Assembly (NCBI GenBank): GCA_965217775.1
Contig: CBDCJH010000002.1
Span: 5,440,001-5,504,000 of the forward strand
Source: Acidobacteriota bacterium
GTDB taxonomy: Bacteria; Acidobacteriota; UBA6911; RPQK01; JAJDTT01
Direction of reading: 5' to 3'
DNA: 64,000 nt
A program made the position numbers and the translations under genes. The notes beneath the pieces were generated by a model that had not been told where the DNA came from, made no database searches, and saw only the letters and a program-made list of their open reading frames with translations. Below are positions 1 through 9,839 of this stretch, piece by piece (within the stretch, counting starts at the first letter, position 1; every line of letters begins with the position of its first letter).

Positions 1-197
1 GCCCCGATGATACCCGACTCGGCCAGCGGCGTGTCGAATACGCGGTGCTCTCCGAACTCTTCCTGGAGGCCCTTGGTAGCGCGGAAGACCCCGCCGAAAC
101 GCCCCACGTCTTCACCCAGGATCACCACGCTGGGGTCGCGCCGCATCTCGGTGCGCAGACCGTCGTTGACTGCCTGGATGATGTTCCGAATCGGCAT
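1..197 (-). CDS. 2-oxoacid dehydrogenase E1 beta subunit, 5' part (runs off window)
   Basis: Manual translation from ATG at 197: [65 protein letters not shown]. Lies directly downstream of E1 alpha. Confidence 0.9.
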   Translation of the reverse strand, partial: MPIRNIIQAVNDGLRTEMRRDPSVVILGEDVGRFGGVFRATKGLQEEFGEHRVFDTPLAESGIIG

Positions 198-217
198 CTG
201 GCTTCCGGGGAAGTGGG

Positions 218-1318
218 TCAGGTCCCCTGCTCGACGGTCTGAAACTCCTCCGGCATGCACACCGACTCCATTTGCTCGCGGATATGCCACGGCATCTCGT
301 CGTAGACGTCGCCGAAGATGGTGTCCAGAGACGGCGGTCCGGACCGCGAGGCCTCTTCCAGGGTGCTGCGAATCAGCGCTCGGATCTCGTCCTCCAACCC
401 CTGCTCCTTGTCGTCGTCCCAATGTCCCTGCCGGGTCAGGTACAAGCGGAACCGCAGGATCGGGTCGCGTTCGACCCAGGGCTCGACCTCGGCGCCGTCC
501 CGATAGGAATTGGGGTCGTCGGAGGTGGAGTGGCCTCCCCGGCGGTAGGTCACCGCCTCGATCAGCGTCGGACCTTCCCCCCTTCTTGCCTTCGCCACCG
601 CCTTCGAGGTGACGTCGTAGACGGCGAAGACGTCGTTTCCGTCGACACGGACCCCTTCAATACCGTACGCGGTCGCCTTGATGGCCAGATTCCGGGAGGC
701 CGTCTGAGACTCTACCGGAACGGAGATCGCCCACTGGTTGTTCCGGCAGAAGAGGATGGTCGGAGTCTTGAAGACTCCCGCGAAGTTGGTGGCGACATGG
801 AAGTCGCCCTGAGAGGTGGCGCCGTCGCCGAAATAGACCAGCGCCACGTCGTCCCTGCCCGCCAGACGGGCGCCCAGAGCCAGACCGACGGCATGGGGGA
901 TCTGGCTTCCCACGGGACTGGAAATCGACGTCACCCTCAAGTCGCGGCTGGCGTAGTGGTTCGGCATCTGCCGGCCCTTGGTCAAGTCCCGGGAATTTCC
1001 GAAGAACTGGCAGACAAGATCGATCAGGGGAAAGCCTTTGACCAGAGCGGCGCCCAACTCCCGGTAGCAGGGGACGACCCAGTCCCGCCGTTCCAGGGCG
1101 AACGCGCTTCCGATGATGGCCGCTTCCTCCCCGCGTGACCCGACGTAGAAACCGAGCCGGCCTTGTCTCTGAAGCCGGATCATCTGGTCGTCGACCCTCC
1201 GATTCAAGCACATCAACCGATAGAGATGGAGCTGCTGATCCAATCTGAGGGCCGGAATGTCGGCCTCCGATTTCAGGTCGCCGTCGGGGGAAAGGATGGA
1301 GATCATGGTCCCGGGCAT
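218..1318 (-). CDS. pyruvate / branched-chain 2-oxoacid dehydrogenase E1 alpha subunit
   Basis: TPP motif [10 protein letters not shown]...[19 protein letters not shown] phosphorylation loop and RQMPNH. Confidence 0.93.
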   Translation of the reverse strand: MPGTMISILSPDGDLKSEADIPALRLDQQLHLYRLMCLNRRVDDQMIRLQRQGRLGFYVGSRGEEAAIIGSAFALERRDWVVPCYRELGAALVKGFPLIDLVCQFFGNSRDLTKGRQMPNHYASRDLRVTSISSPVGSQIPHAVGLALGARLAGRDDVALVYFGDGATSQGDFHVATNFAGVFKTPTILFCRNNQWAISVPVESQTASRNLAIKATAYGIEGVRVDGNDVFAVYDVTSKAVAKARRGEGPTLIEAVTYRRGGHSTSDDPNSYRDGAEVEPWVERDPILRFRLYLTRQGHWDDDKEQGLEDEIRALIRSTLEEASRSGPPSLDTIFGDVYDEMPWHIREQMESVCMPEEFQTVEQGT

Positions 1319-1399
1319 GCGTCAGGGATTATATCTGCCCCTCTGGAGCAGGACAAGAAGACTCGGCCCCTGCACCGCCGCGTGTGGCGGCGCCCTCCG

Positions 1400-2410
1400 T
1401 CACGGTTTCGTTTCGCGATACTTCTCGAATTGAGCCGCCATATCGGACTGGGTGAGGTGTCCGGAGTGCACCAGTATCCGGTAGAGAAAGAGGGCCGATT
1501 CGCCCGGTTCCAGAGCGACGTTCAGAGGTGGGGAACCTTTTTCGAAATCCTTACGGCCGAAGGGGTTGGCGGAAAAGAGTCCGTAGCCCCGGGCGTGCCA
1601 GAAGGTGGGGGATTCGATGCTCTTGGGGTGATTCATGATAGCCAGAGTCAGGTCCTCTCCCTGGACCGAGCCGCGGAGTGCGACCCAGGAAGACTTCTTT
1701 CCCCAGACACCCTTCGACAGCTCCAACCCCTGGGCGTTCAGGTAGCGGCCGGTCCGGTCTTCCCGCAGGTCGGGGGCGACGCGAACGGCCATCATTCCTT
1801 CCTTGGTATCGTTGAACGTCACCGCTTTCCCTTGGGCAGTCAGCTTGAACGTCAAGTCCAGGGTCCGCCATCCGGGGCCCGCCTCGATGGTCATCCGGGA
1901 GTCCTGTTTCAGCAGCACGGCTCCCGAGGGTGCGATCCAGTCCGACGTGGTATCCATGACTCCCTTTTGTCCGTCTTCCAGCCGGGTGAAGCCGGTGTGC
2001 CGAATCCGGCCACTGCCCGGTTTGTCTCGTCCGCCGGGCAGCTTGGACCAGAAATCGACGCCGTTGAGGTTTCCATAGGTGAATGAGATCCCCTCGTGGT
2101 GCCAATGGTCGTAATGCTCGTCGGGTGTCCCGAATTCCATGGGGTATGCCCGCGTGAGTCGATGGCCCTTGGGGCTGAGCAGGGGGTGGAAGATCGGCTT
2201 GTGAAAGCCGGCTCCGTAGTGGTACGAGGCGAACAGGCTCTTGCCGACGTAGATGTCCACCCGAGCCGCGTCCGTCTTGACCAGTCGGACCCCATGGTGG
2301 GACTCGGCGAGAGCGGGCACCGTCTGAAGGAAGACCAGGAGAGCCGCGGCCGCGATGGCGGGGCGGCGGAGTGTCGAATCTATCGGGACCGGATCGGATA
2401 GGAATTTCAT
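1400..2410 (-). CDS. secreted PmoA-like (DUF6807-type) beta-sandwich protein
   Basis: KPIFHPL..P.G..LTR.YP, DHWHHEGI.F and WHARGYGLFSANPF motifs. Hydrophobic leader. AGGAGG upstream of ATG 2410. Confidence 0.7.
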   Translation of the reverse strand: MKFLSDPVPIDSTLRRPAIAAAALLVFLQTVPALAESHHGVRLVKTDAARVDIYVGKSLFASYHYGAGFHKPIFHPLLSPKGHRLTRAYPMEFGTPDEHYDHWHHEGISFTYGNLNGVDFWSKLPGGRDKPGSGRIRHTGFTRLEDGQKGVMDTTSDWIAPSGAVLLKQDSRMTIEAGPGWRTLDLTFKLTAQGKAVTFNDTKEGMMAVRVAPDLREDRTGRYLNAQGLELSKGVWGKKSSWVALRGSVQGEDLTLAIMNHPKSIESPTFWHARGYGLFSANPFGRKDFEKGSPPLNVALEPGESALFLYRILVHSGHLTQSDMAAQFEKYRETKP

Positions 2411-2571
2411 GGGAACTGCAGTGCCTCCTGCGCCTGGGAAAAGTGTCGCCGAAACCGGGAACATGATAGCAGTCCGTGGGAATAGTCGTGCCGGCAAAGG
2501 GGGCGATCCGATCCTGGAAGTCGCTCCGGGAACACGTTACCCTGCTCTGGCGCGAAATCAGGAGGTGACGT

Positions 2572-3423
2572 GTGATTTTTGACGTGCATACTCATGGCTG
2601 GAGATATCCGGACCATTTCTCGGATCGGTTCCGCCAACAGGCAATCCGAATGAGGGGCTACGAGATCCCCCTGGACAGCACCCTGGAGGACTATCGCGCC
2701 CATTGCCGCACGGTCCCCGATCGGGTCAAGACCGTCGTCTTCGGTGGAAAGGCCAAGCTGTCGGGCCTCTGGATTCCCGATCGGTTCATCGTCGAATATT
2801 GCTCTCAGGACCCCGAAAATCTGATCCCGTTTCTCTCCCTCGATCCGACCCAACCGGGTTGGCAGGAGGAACTGGAGGAGGGCCACCAGGATCTGAAGAT
2901 GAGGGGCATCAAGTTGATGCCCATGTATGCCGGATTCTATCCTCAGGCGTCGGAGCTGGATCACCTGTGGCAGTATGCCGTCCGCCACCAACTGCCGGTC
3001 CTGCTCCATACGGGGACCACTTTCGTGGATCGGGCCCCTTTGGACACCACTTTGCCCCGGCATCTGGATCCCGTCGCCATCAAGTACCCGGAGTGCCGGA
3101 TCATTCTGGCGCACCTGGGACATCCATACGAGGGTGAGACGGTGGCGGTGATCCGGAAGCATCCTCACGTCTACTCGGACGTGTCGGCCATCCACTACCG
3201 GCCCTTCCAGCTCTACCAGAGCCTGATGCTGGTGCAGGAGTATGGTGTCTGGAACAAGCTCCTGTTCGGGACCGACTACCCCATCACCAACGTGGACGAG
3301 TCTCTGGCCGGGCTGCGATCCATCAACGGCATGCTGGAAGGCACGGCCCTGCCGCGGTTGGATCCGGAACAGATGGAAGCGATGATCCATCGCGACGCCG
3401 GCCCCTTGCTGGGACTCGAGTAG
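2572..3423 (+). CDS. amidohydrolase family protein (Amidohydro_2)
   Basis: DVHTH, LLHTG, ILAHLG and LLFGTDYP motifs. Confidence 0.88.
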   Translation: MIFDVHTHGWRYPDHFSDRFRQQAIRMRGYEIPLDSTLEDYRAHCRTVPDRVKTVVFGGKAKLSGLWIPDRFIVEYCSQDPENLIPFLSLDPTQPGWQEELEEGHQDLKMRGIKLMPMYAGFYPQASELDHLWQYAVRHQLPVLLHTGTTFVDRAPLDTTLPRHLDPVAIKYPECRIILAHLGHPYEGETVAVIRKHPHVYSDVSAIHYRPFQLYQSLMLVQEYGVWNKLLFGTDYPITNVDESLAGLRSINGMLEGTALPRLDPEQMEAMIHRDAGPLLGLE

Positions 3424-3510
3424 GCGTTCGGGACCTCATTTGATTATTCCGATCAATTGGGTAAAGATAGTGTCATCTCATACGCTGAAAGGACCTGGAG
3501 GAATCGGGTC

Positions 3511-5763
3511 ATGACTACCTGGAAGGAGCACTTGGGCACGGATATCCCGGACGAGCTCGGCCGCGAGATCGACATCTTCGAGATGCAGATGGAGCTGAGA
3601 CGTCAGGGAAAGCTGGATGAGAAGATCTTCGCCGAGACCCGGTTGCGGCGCGGCATCTACGGCCAGAGATACGACAACGGTTTTCGCCACGACGGCGTCC
3701 GGTCGCAGCAGCTCCCCTATCCTTCCGGCGACGTCATCAAGGGGCCCGAGACCCTCTGGGACGCGCCCGGGATGATGCGCATCAAGATCCCGTACGGGGG
3801 GGTCAATCCCCGCCAGCTCGAGGTATTGGCGGATACGGCCGAGGAGTATTCGGACGGAGTGCTCCACGTCACCACCAGACAGGACTATCAACTCCACTTC
3901 GTCCATATCGACGACACTCCCAGCCTGATGCGGAGATTGGCCTCGGTGGGAATCACGACCCGGGAGGCCTGCGGGAACTCGGTCCGGAACGTGACGGCCT
4001 GCCCGCTGGCGGGCGTCTGCCACACCGAGGCTTTCGACGTCAGTCCCTATGCCAAGGCCTGCACCGCCTTCCTGCTGGGGCACCCCGATGTCCAGGACTT
4101 CGGCCGCAAGTTCAAGATCTCCTTCTCGGGATGCCGCGAGGAGGCCTGCGGGCTGGCCAGCATGCATGACATGGGGGCCATCGCGGTGGTGCGCCGAGAG
4201 GGCGACCGGATCAGACGCGGGTTCGAGCTGTACGTCGGGGGAGGTCTGGGCGCGGTGCCGCACCAGGCCAAGCTCTTCGATCGCTTTCTTCCGGAAGCAG
4301 AGCTGCTGCCCACGGCGCAGGCCATCTCCAGGGTGTTCGCCCGCTTGGGAGAGAAGAAGAACCGTGCCCGTGCCCGCATCAAGTTCCTGGTGGCCAAGCT
4401 GGGGATAGACGAGTTCCGCAAGCAGGTTCTGAAGGAGCGCGAGGTCATGCCTGCTGACGAGCGGTGGACCGCGTATCTGCCCCAGGTTCCGGAATTCCAG
4501 GAGATCGCGGTCAGGCCCCCGGCGGCATTGAACGGACATCAGCCGCCTCCGGACTTCGAGCACTGGGTCCGGACCAACGTCTACCGGCAGCGGCAGGCGG
4601 GCTACGCCGTCGCCACCCTGACTCTTCCCTTGGGAGACTTGTCGTCGTGGCAGGCCCGGGAGCTGGCGGTGATCGCCCGCCGTTTCTCCGGCGAGAACAT
4701 CCGGACCACCATCGAGCAGAACATGGTGCTGCGTTGGGTCAGCGAAGCGGACCTGCCGGAACTCTACGGTCAACTGGAGAAGATCGGTCTGGGCGCCCAT
4801 GGCGCCGGTACCATCGTGGACGTAACGGCCTGCCCGGGTACTGACACCTGCAAGTTGGGAATCGCCTCCTCGCGTGGACTGGCTGCCGAACTCCGGAGGA
4901 GGCTCGGCGCCAAGTTCTTCCAACTGGATGATTCGATCAAGAACCTGCGGATCAAGATCAGCGGCTGCTTCAACTCCTGCGGTCAGCACCACGTCGCGGA
5001 CATCGGATTCTACGGAACCAGCCGGACCATCAAGGGGCACAAGGTGCCTCACTTCCAAGTGGTGCTGGGAGGCCAGTGGACCAAGAACGCCGGCTCCTAC
5101 GGACTGGCAATGGGCTCGGCGCCGGCCCGGAACGTGCCCAAGGTTCTGGAACGGATCACCGGCCGATACCTGGAGTATCGGAGCAATGGCGAGAGCTTTC
5201 AGGAATTCGTCCGGAGCGTCGGCAAGAAGGACCTTCGAGCCATGCTGCAGGACCTGTTGCAGGTTCCGGCCTATGCGGTCGACTCCTCCTTCTACAGCGA
5301 TTGGGGCGATCCCAGAGAGTTCTCCATGGGGGATCTGGGGACGGGAGAATGCGCTGGAGAGGTGGTCACCCTGACCCAGTTCAATCTCGCAGCCGCCGAG
5401 CAACTGGTCTTCGAAGCCCAGATCAGGCTGGACGAGATGGATTTTCCCGGCGCCGACGCATTGAGCTATCAGGCCATGGTCGAGGCCGCCAAAGCCCTGG
5501 TCAAGACGGAATTCCTGGATGTCCCGCGTGTACCGGACAGGGTGGTTTCGGAATTCCGGCGCCGCTTCTACGACACCGAGCTGTTTTTCGACAAGTACGC
5601 CCGCGGCAAGTTCGCCAACTACCTTTTCCGCCGTCACCAGTCGCCTCCAAAGATCCCGAATCGGGACACGGCCCATCAGTCGGTGGAGGAGAGCCAGCTC
5701 TTCATCGAGGCGGCTCATGCCTGTTACGAGCGCATGGCCCGGGAGATCTCGGGAGTCCATTAG
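3511..5763 (+). CDS. ferredoxin-dependent nitrite/sulfite reductase with C-terminal helical (HEPN-like) extension
   Basis: HVTTRQD, EACGNSVRNVTAC, RKFKISFSGC, siroheme/4Fe-4S ligands CPGTDTC and GCFNSCGQH. GGAGG before ATG 3511. Confidence 0.9.
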   Translation: MTTWKEHLGTDIPDELGREIDIFEMQMELRRQGKLDEKIFAETRLRRGIYGQRYDNGFRHDGVRSQQLPYPSGDVIKGPETLWDAPGMMRIKIPYGGVNPRQLEVLADTAEEYSDGVLHVTTRQDYQLHFVHIDDTPSLMRRLASVGITTREACGNSVRNVTACPLAGVCHTEAFDVSPYAKACTAFLLGHPDVQDFGRKFKISFSGCREEACGLASMHDMGAIAVVRREGDRIRRGFELYVGGGLGAVPHQAKLFDRFLPEAELLPTAQAISRVFARLGEKKNRARARIKFLVAKLGIDEFRKQVLKEREVMPADERWTAYLPQVPEFQEIAVRPPAALNGHQPPPDFEHWVRTNVYRQRQAGYAVATLTLPLGDLSSWQARELAVIARRFSGENIRTTIEQNMVLRWVSEADLPELYGQLEKIGLGAHGAGTIVDVTACPGTDTCKLGIASSRGLAAELRRRLGAKFFQLDDSIKNLRIKISGCFNSCGQHHVADIGFYGTSRTIKGHKVPHFQVVLGGQWTKNAGSYGLAMGSAPARNVPKVLERITGRYLEYRSNGESFQEFVRSVGKKDLRAMLQDLLQVPAYAVDSSFYSDWGDPREFSMGDLGTGECAGEVVTLTQFNLAAAEQLVFEAQIRLDEMDFPGADALSYQAMVEAAKALVKTEFLDVPRVPDRVVSEFRRRFYDTELFFDKYARGKFANYLFRRHQSPPKIPNRDTAHQSVEESQLFIEAAHACYERMAREISGVH

Positions 5764-5771
5764 GCGAGGGT

Positions 5772-6353
5772 ATGGGCGGCTGGCAGAAACTGGGTCTCAA
5801 GATCTTTCTGGAGGAGCCCCTCCGGGCCGAGGCGCGGGAATTCATCCCCGTCTTCCATACCTGGATCCAGCACCAGGCCGTCGACGGACACCTGCTCATC
5901 GACGTCCACGACTACAGTCACGTCCACCGGGGCCCCGGCATACTGCTGGTCGCTCACGAGGGAAACTTCAGCCTGGACCAGGGCGATGACCGGCCCGGAC
6001 TCCTCTACTACCGCAAGCAGAATCTGAACGGGACCCGTGAGCAGTGTATCCGGGAGGTTTTCAGGCACACGCTTCTGGCCTGCAGCCGACTGGAATCCGA
6101 TCCGGTTCTGGGCGGCAGAGTGCGTTTCCATACCCGGGAGATGCTGCTGCTGGCAAACGATCGCCTCCGTACCCCCAACAACGCAGAGACCTTCGAACAG
6201 CTTCGACCCGAGTTGACCCAAGCTCTGTCCGCGATTCTGGGTCGAGGCGTCTTCAGTCTGGACCGGGTCGCAGACGCCCGCGAGCGTTTTTCGGTCTGGG
6301 TCCGCGCCCGGCGATCCTTCCGTCCGGGATACCTGTTGCGGCGCCTGAACTGA
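5772..6353 (+). CDS. conserved hypothetical protein in operon with the reductase
   Basis: ATG 8 nt after the reductase stop, with GAGGG RBS. IPVFHTWIQ..LLIDVHDYSHVHRGPGILLV segment. C-terminal part of ORF 5076..6353. Confidence 0.7.
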   Translation: MGGWQKLGLKIFLEEPLRAEAREFIPVFHTWIQHQAVDGHLLIDVHDYSHVHRGPGILLVAHEGNFSLDQGDDRPGLLYYRKQNLNGTREQCIREVFRHTLLACSRLESDPVLGGRVRFHTREMLLLANDRLRTPNNAETFEQLRPELTQALSAILGRGVFSLDRVADARERFSVWVRARRSFRPGYLLRRLN

Positions 6354-6390
6354 CCTGAGAGACTTCCCCCGACAAGACTTCAGGAGTTCG

Positions 6391-7689
6391 ATGGGAGAGA
6401 ATCTGCCCCGATCCGAAAGCCGTAGACCACCGAGAAGAACCTTCTTGAAATCCGCGTCGCTGGCAGCAGCGGCCGGAACAACCTGGATTCGAAACATGGG
6501 ACAAGCCGTCGCTACCACCAGTCAAGCCACAATTCCGCAATGGGTGAGCCGGGTTCGCAAGGAAATACCGACGACCTCGGAATCCGCCTATTTTCTGACC
6601 GGGGGAATCGGTCCGTCGCCCACTCCCGTCATCGAACGGGTCAAGGAGCTTCTGGACCTGCAGAATCGTGGACCCGGAGATCCGCGAATCAACCCCCGGA
6701 TCGCCGTGGTGGAGGAAGAATGCCGCGCCTTGGCCGCGGCCGCCCTGGGCGCCGATGAAGAAGAGGTGACCCTGACCCACAACACCACCGAGGGTCTCAA
6801 CATCGTCATCTGGTCCATCGACTGGAAGGCGGGGGACGAAATCCTCATCAGTGACCACGAGCATCCCGCTCTGCTGCAGCCATCCTACAATCTCCACGAG
6901 CGTTTCGGCGTCGTTTATCGGCGGGCTCCCATGGGCGTGGGTGAAGATGTCCTCGGCAGCGTTCTGAGCCAGATCTCACCGCGCACCCGATTAGTGGCCA
7001 TGAGCCATGTCTCCCGCCGCAACGGCCGAGTTCTTCCGGCGCGGAAGCTGGCGCAAGAACTGCACAAGCGTGGCGTGCGGCTCTTGCTGGACGGCGCCCA
7101 GGCCGCCGGAAACATCCCGCTCGACTTCCACGATCTTGGGTGCGACTACTACTCGTTTTGCGGCCACAAGTGGCTGCTGGGCCCCAAGGGGACGGGAGGA
7201 CTCCTGACCCGGAAGGAGATCCTGAACTCGACACCGGTTTCGTGGACCGGAGCCCACAGCCAGGTCACCATCGAGGACGACGGGCAATATGAGTGGCATC
7301 CCGACGGCCGCCGCTACGAGTTCGGGACCCGTGCCCTGCCCGTCTTCGGAGGATTTGCCGAAACCCTGCGCTGGCTCGACAACGTGGGTTGGGATCGGAT
7401 CCACCGCCGGACCGCGGACCTGTCAAAACGGTTCTCGGAATGGGTCCGCGATTCAAGGCTCTTCCAGCTCATCTCTCCCCTTGAGGATGGGAGCCGGAGC
7501 GGAGTCGTGAGCCTGAGGCTGCCGGAGGGATTTCTGGGGATGGACTTCTACGAGCGGCTGGCCGAGAAGGACGGGATCGTGGTGGCGCCCTTGGAACACC
7601 CCCGGGATATCCGCGTCTGCGTCCACTTCTTCAACACCTGGGAGGAGATCGAGAGGCTGGGCGCCAAGCTGAACCAGTACTGCATCTGA
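6391..7689 (+). CDS. Tat-exported class V PLP-dependent enzyme
   Basis: RRTFLK Tat motif. NTTEGLN, EHPA, DGAQAAG and GHKWLLGPKGTG (PLP lysine). Confidence 0.88.
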   Translation: MGENLPRSESRRPPRRTFLKSASLAAAAGTTWIRNMGQAVATTSQATIPQWVSRVRKEIPTTSESAYFLTGGIGPSPTPVIERVKELLDLQNRGPGDPRINPRIAVVEEECRALAAAALGADEEEVTLTHNTTEGLNIVIWSIDWKAGDEILISDHEHPALLQPSYNLHERFGVVYRRAPMGVGEDVLGSVLSQISPRTRLVAMSHVSRRNGRVLPARKLAQELHKRGVRLLLDGAQAAGNIPLDFHDLGCDYYSFCGHKWLLGPKGTGGLLTRKEILNSTPVSWTGAHSQVTIEDDGQYEWHPDGRRYEFGTRALPVFGGFAETLRWLDNVGWDRIHRRTADLSKRFSEWVRDSRLFQLISPLEDGSRSGVVSLRLPEGFLGMDFYERLAEKDGIVVAPLEHPRDIRVCVHFFNTWEEIERLGAKLNQYCI

Positions 7690-7713
7690 GTATTGCGGCG
7701 GATCCCCAGGTAG

Positions 7714-8778
7714 CTACGAACGGGCGGAGGGCGGATTCATCCGCCAGAAGATCCCAAACAGGTTGGCCTCGCGCTGGGGAGTGCTCCGATCCTCCCAGTG
7801 ATAGAGGGTGAGAAACTTTCCCGGCTCCAATTCCAGGGTCTGGGACAGCCCCACGTCGGTCGCCGGCGCGTCGTCAGCCAAGGCCGTCGGCGGTCCCCAG
7901 CTCTTTCCCTGGTCGCGGCTGGTCCGAATGGCGACACCATAGGGCTTGTGCCTCACGCTGTAGGTCATGACCAGTTCACCGCACGAGGACTCCAGTAGAA
8001 ATCCCTGCATTTCGGCGGCATCCGTCACCTGCCGGGGCCGGGACCAGATTCTCCCTTCGTCTCGGGACACACTCACCAGAGTTCTGGCCAGCGGCCGCTG
8101 GAGCGACTCCTCATAGGTCATGGCCTCTTCCAGCTCGGCGCTGCGAAGCGATGCCAGGAGCACGCCCGAGGCAAGGCGCAGGAGATGGGGCTGGGTGGTG
8201 AAACGGCAGATCAGGCCTCCGTACTCCCATCGATCGCCGTCGCGGGAGCGGAAGAAGAGGGTGAAATCGCCCTTTCGTTCCCGCGGTTTGCCCCCGTGTT
8301 CGTAGACAGGGTAGTAGCCGCCGTACGCGGTGAGCAGGAGTTCGCCGTCCGGAAGCGCGGTCACACCGCCGAATGGATAGACGTAATCGAACGGTCCCGG
8401 GTGCAACTCGAAGGGGTCTTCCCAGTTCCTGCCCTCGTCGGAGGAGGTCATGAGCATGCCCTTGCAGGTGCCGTTGGACCGTCGGGTGAATCCAAGCAGG
8501 ATGATGCCGCCGGGAAGACGGCTCATCATCTGCACCCGCTCGTCGTTCCCTGAATTGACAAGGATGCGAGGCTCGGTCCAGGTCCGGCCTCCATCGCGGG
8601 ACTCCACCAGGGACACGGAGCTGTTGTCGGCGACTCCGGTCAAGCCGGTGCGGGCGGCCACCAGGAGGCGATCGTTTCCCAATCGGACCACCTTGGGTGC
8701 GTGTCCTCCCGGGCACACGAGCACGCGGCCGTCGGTTTCGATTCGAGGTGCTGCTGCCGCTTCTGAGGAATAGTTCAT
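7714..8778 (-). CDS. BNR/Asp-box repeat sialidase-like beta-propeller
   Basis: Five Asp-boxes: SRDGGRTW, SSDEGRNW, SRDGDRW, SRDEGRIW, SRDQGKSW. Confidence 0.8.
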   Translation of the reverse strand: MNYSSEAAAAPRIETDGRVLVCPGGHAPKVVRLGNDRLLVAARTGLTGVADNSSVSLVESRDGGRTWTEPRILVNSGNDERVQMMSRLPGGIILLGFTRRSNGTCKGMLMTSSDEGRNWEDPFELHPGPFDYVYPFGGVTALPDGELLLTAYGGYYPVYEHGGKPRERKGDFTLFFRSRDGDRWEYGGLICRFTTQPHLLRLASGVLLASLRSAELEEAMTYEESLQRPLARTLVSVSRDEGRIWSRPRQVTDAAEMQGFLLESSCGELVMTYSVRHKPYGVAIRTSRDQGKSWGPPTALADDAPATDVGLSQTLELEPGKFLTLYHWEDRSTPQREANLFGIFWRMNPPSARS

Positions 8779-8808
8779 CGGTAACTCCGTAACTTCGATC
8801 GAGAGGAA

Positions 8809-9693
8809 TCAATGAAGTGAAATGGATCTGCGGACCACCCGGCCCCCTTCTTTGGCCAGGGTCCGAATCTCGGAAATGCCATGGTCCAAAAGGTAGAGAC
8901 GAGCCTCCTCGATTCCGGCTCCCACCTGGTCGGGGCCGTGGCTGTCATCTCCGAAACAGACGCCGATGCCCATTTCATGGGCTTGGCGCAACAGCCAGGG
9001 TTCCGGGTAGGGACAGCCCAGGTTCTTGCGGTATCCGGCCGTGTTGAGATCCAGGATGCTGCCGTGGCGGCGGATCACCTCCAGTGCCTCGCGAGCCGAC
9101 CGCCTGATGGGCGGCGTGTCCAATGGTCCGTAGTGCCGGCCGTTCTTGCGAACCAGATCCAGATGTCCCACCACTTCGGGCCGGAGTGCTTCGACCATGC
9201 GAGCTACTTCCTGGTAGTAGCGGGTCGCCAGGGCTTCCAGGCCGCCGGCCCGGTTCAGGGCACGTTCGAAGTCTTCGGGCTCGCTGTCGATGATGATTTC
9301 CCCCACGAAGTGGACGGAGCCCACCATGTAGTCGAAACCCATGTCCGACCGGTAACGGCGCATGACGTCGGCGTAGGTCGAACTGGGCACGACCTCGGCT
9401 TCGAAACCTTTCAGGACCTGCAGCAGGGGACTGAACTCGCGAACCAGGGGGTCCAGGGCCGATCGGTAGGCACGAAAGTCCCGTTCCAGCTTGGGCACGT
9501 CCCATCCCAGCTCGATCTCACGGGCATAGAGGAAGCGCTCTGCCAGACGGGGAGCGTGCTCCGTGATCCCGAAAACGGACATCTTCTGCGAGACCGCTGC
9601 TTCCAGAATCTGGCGGAGAGTCCCTTCCGCATGATCGCAGAAAGCCCCGCTGTGTCCGCCGTGAAGGGAAACCTTCCAAGGCACGGATTCCAT
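8809..9693 (-). CDS. PHP-family histidinol-phosphatase (HisJ-like)
   Basis: SLHGGHSG.FCDHA, ITEHAP, GSVHF, GHLDL and GDDSH motifs. Confidence 0.85.
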   Translation of the reverse strand: MESVPWKVSLHGGHSGAFCDHAEGTLRQILEAAVSQKMSVFGITEHAPRLAERFLYAREIELGWDVPKLERDFRAYRSALDPLVREFSPLLQVLKGFEAEVVPSSTYADVMRRYRSDMGFDYMVGSVHFVGEIIIDSEPEDFERALNRAGGLEALATRYYQEVARMVEALRPEVVGHLDLVRKNGRHYGPLDTPPIRRSAREALEVIRRHGSILDLNTAGYRKNLGCPYPEPWLLRQAHEMGIGVCFGDDSHGPDQVGAGIEEARLYLLDHGISEIRTLAKEGGRVVRRSISLH

Positions 9694-9839
9694 TGGACAA
9701 TCCTATCAACAAGGAAGAGAACTTCGGTACGGAGGAGAGATCGAAAGAAAAACGCGGCGGCGGGGAGGAGGGTCACCGCCGGGTTGTGGAATTCAGATTG
9801 CCGGGCCGGCGAGCGGGAAGCGACAAGGGTGCGATCGTC

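Noticed and set aside
1400-2410. Methane monooxygenase (from the PmoA family name)
   Set aside because: Soluble secreted protein with no pmoCAB context. The family name is misleading.
3478-5760. Long antisense ORFs (also 40276..41760, 44817..46430, 56097..58328 and others)
   Set aside because: Shadow frames of GC-rich genes with strong codon bias and no recognisable motifs.
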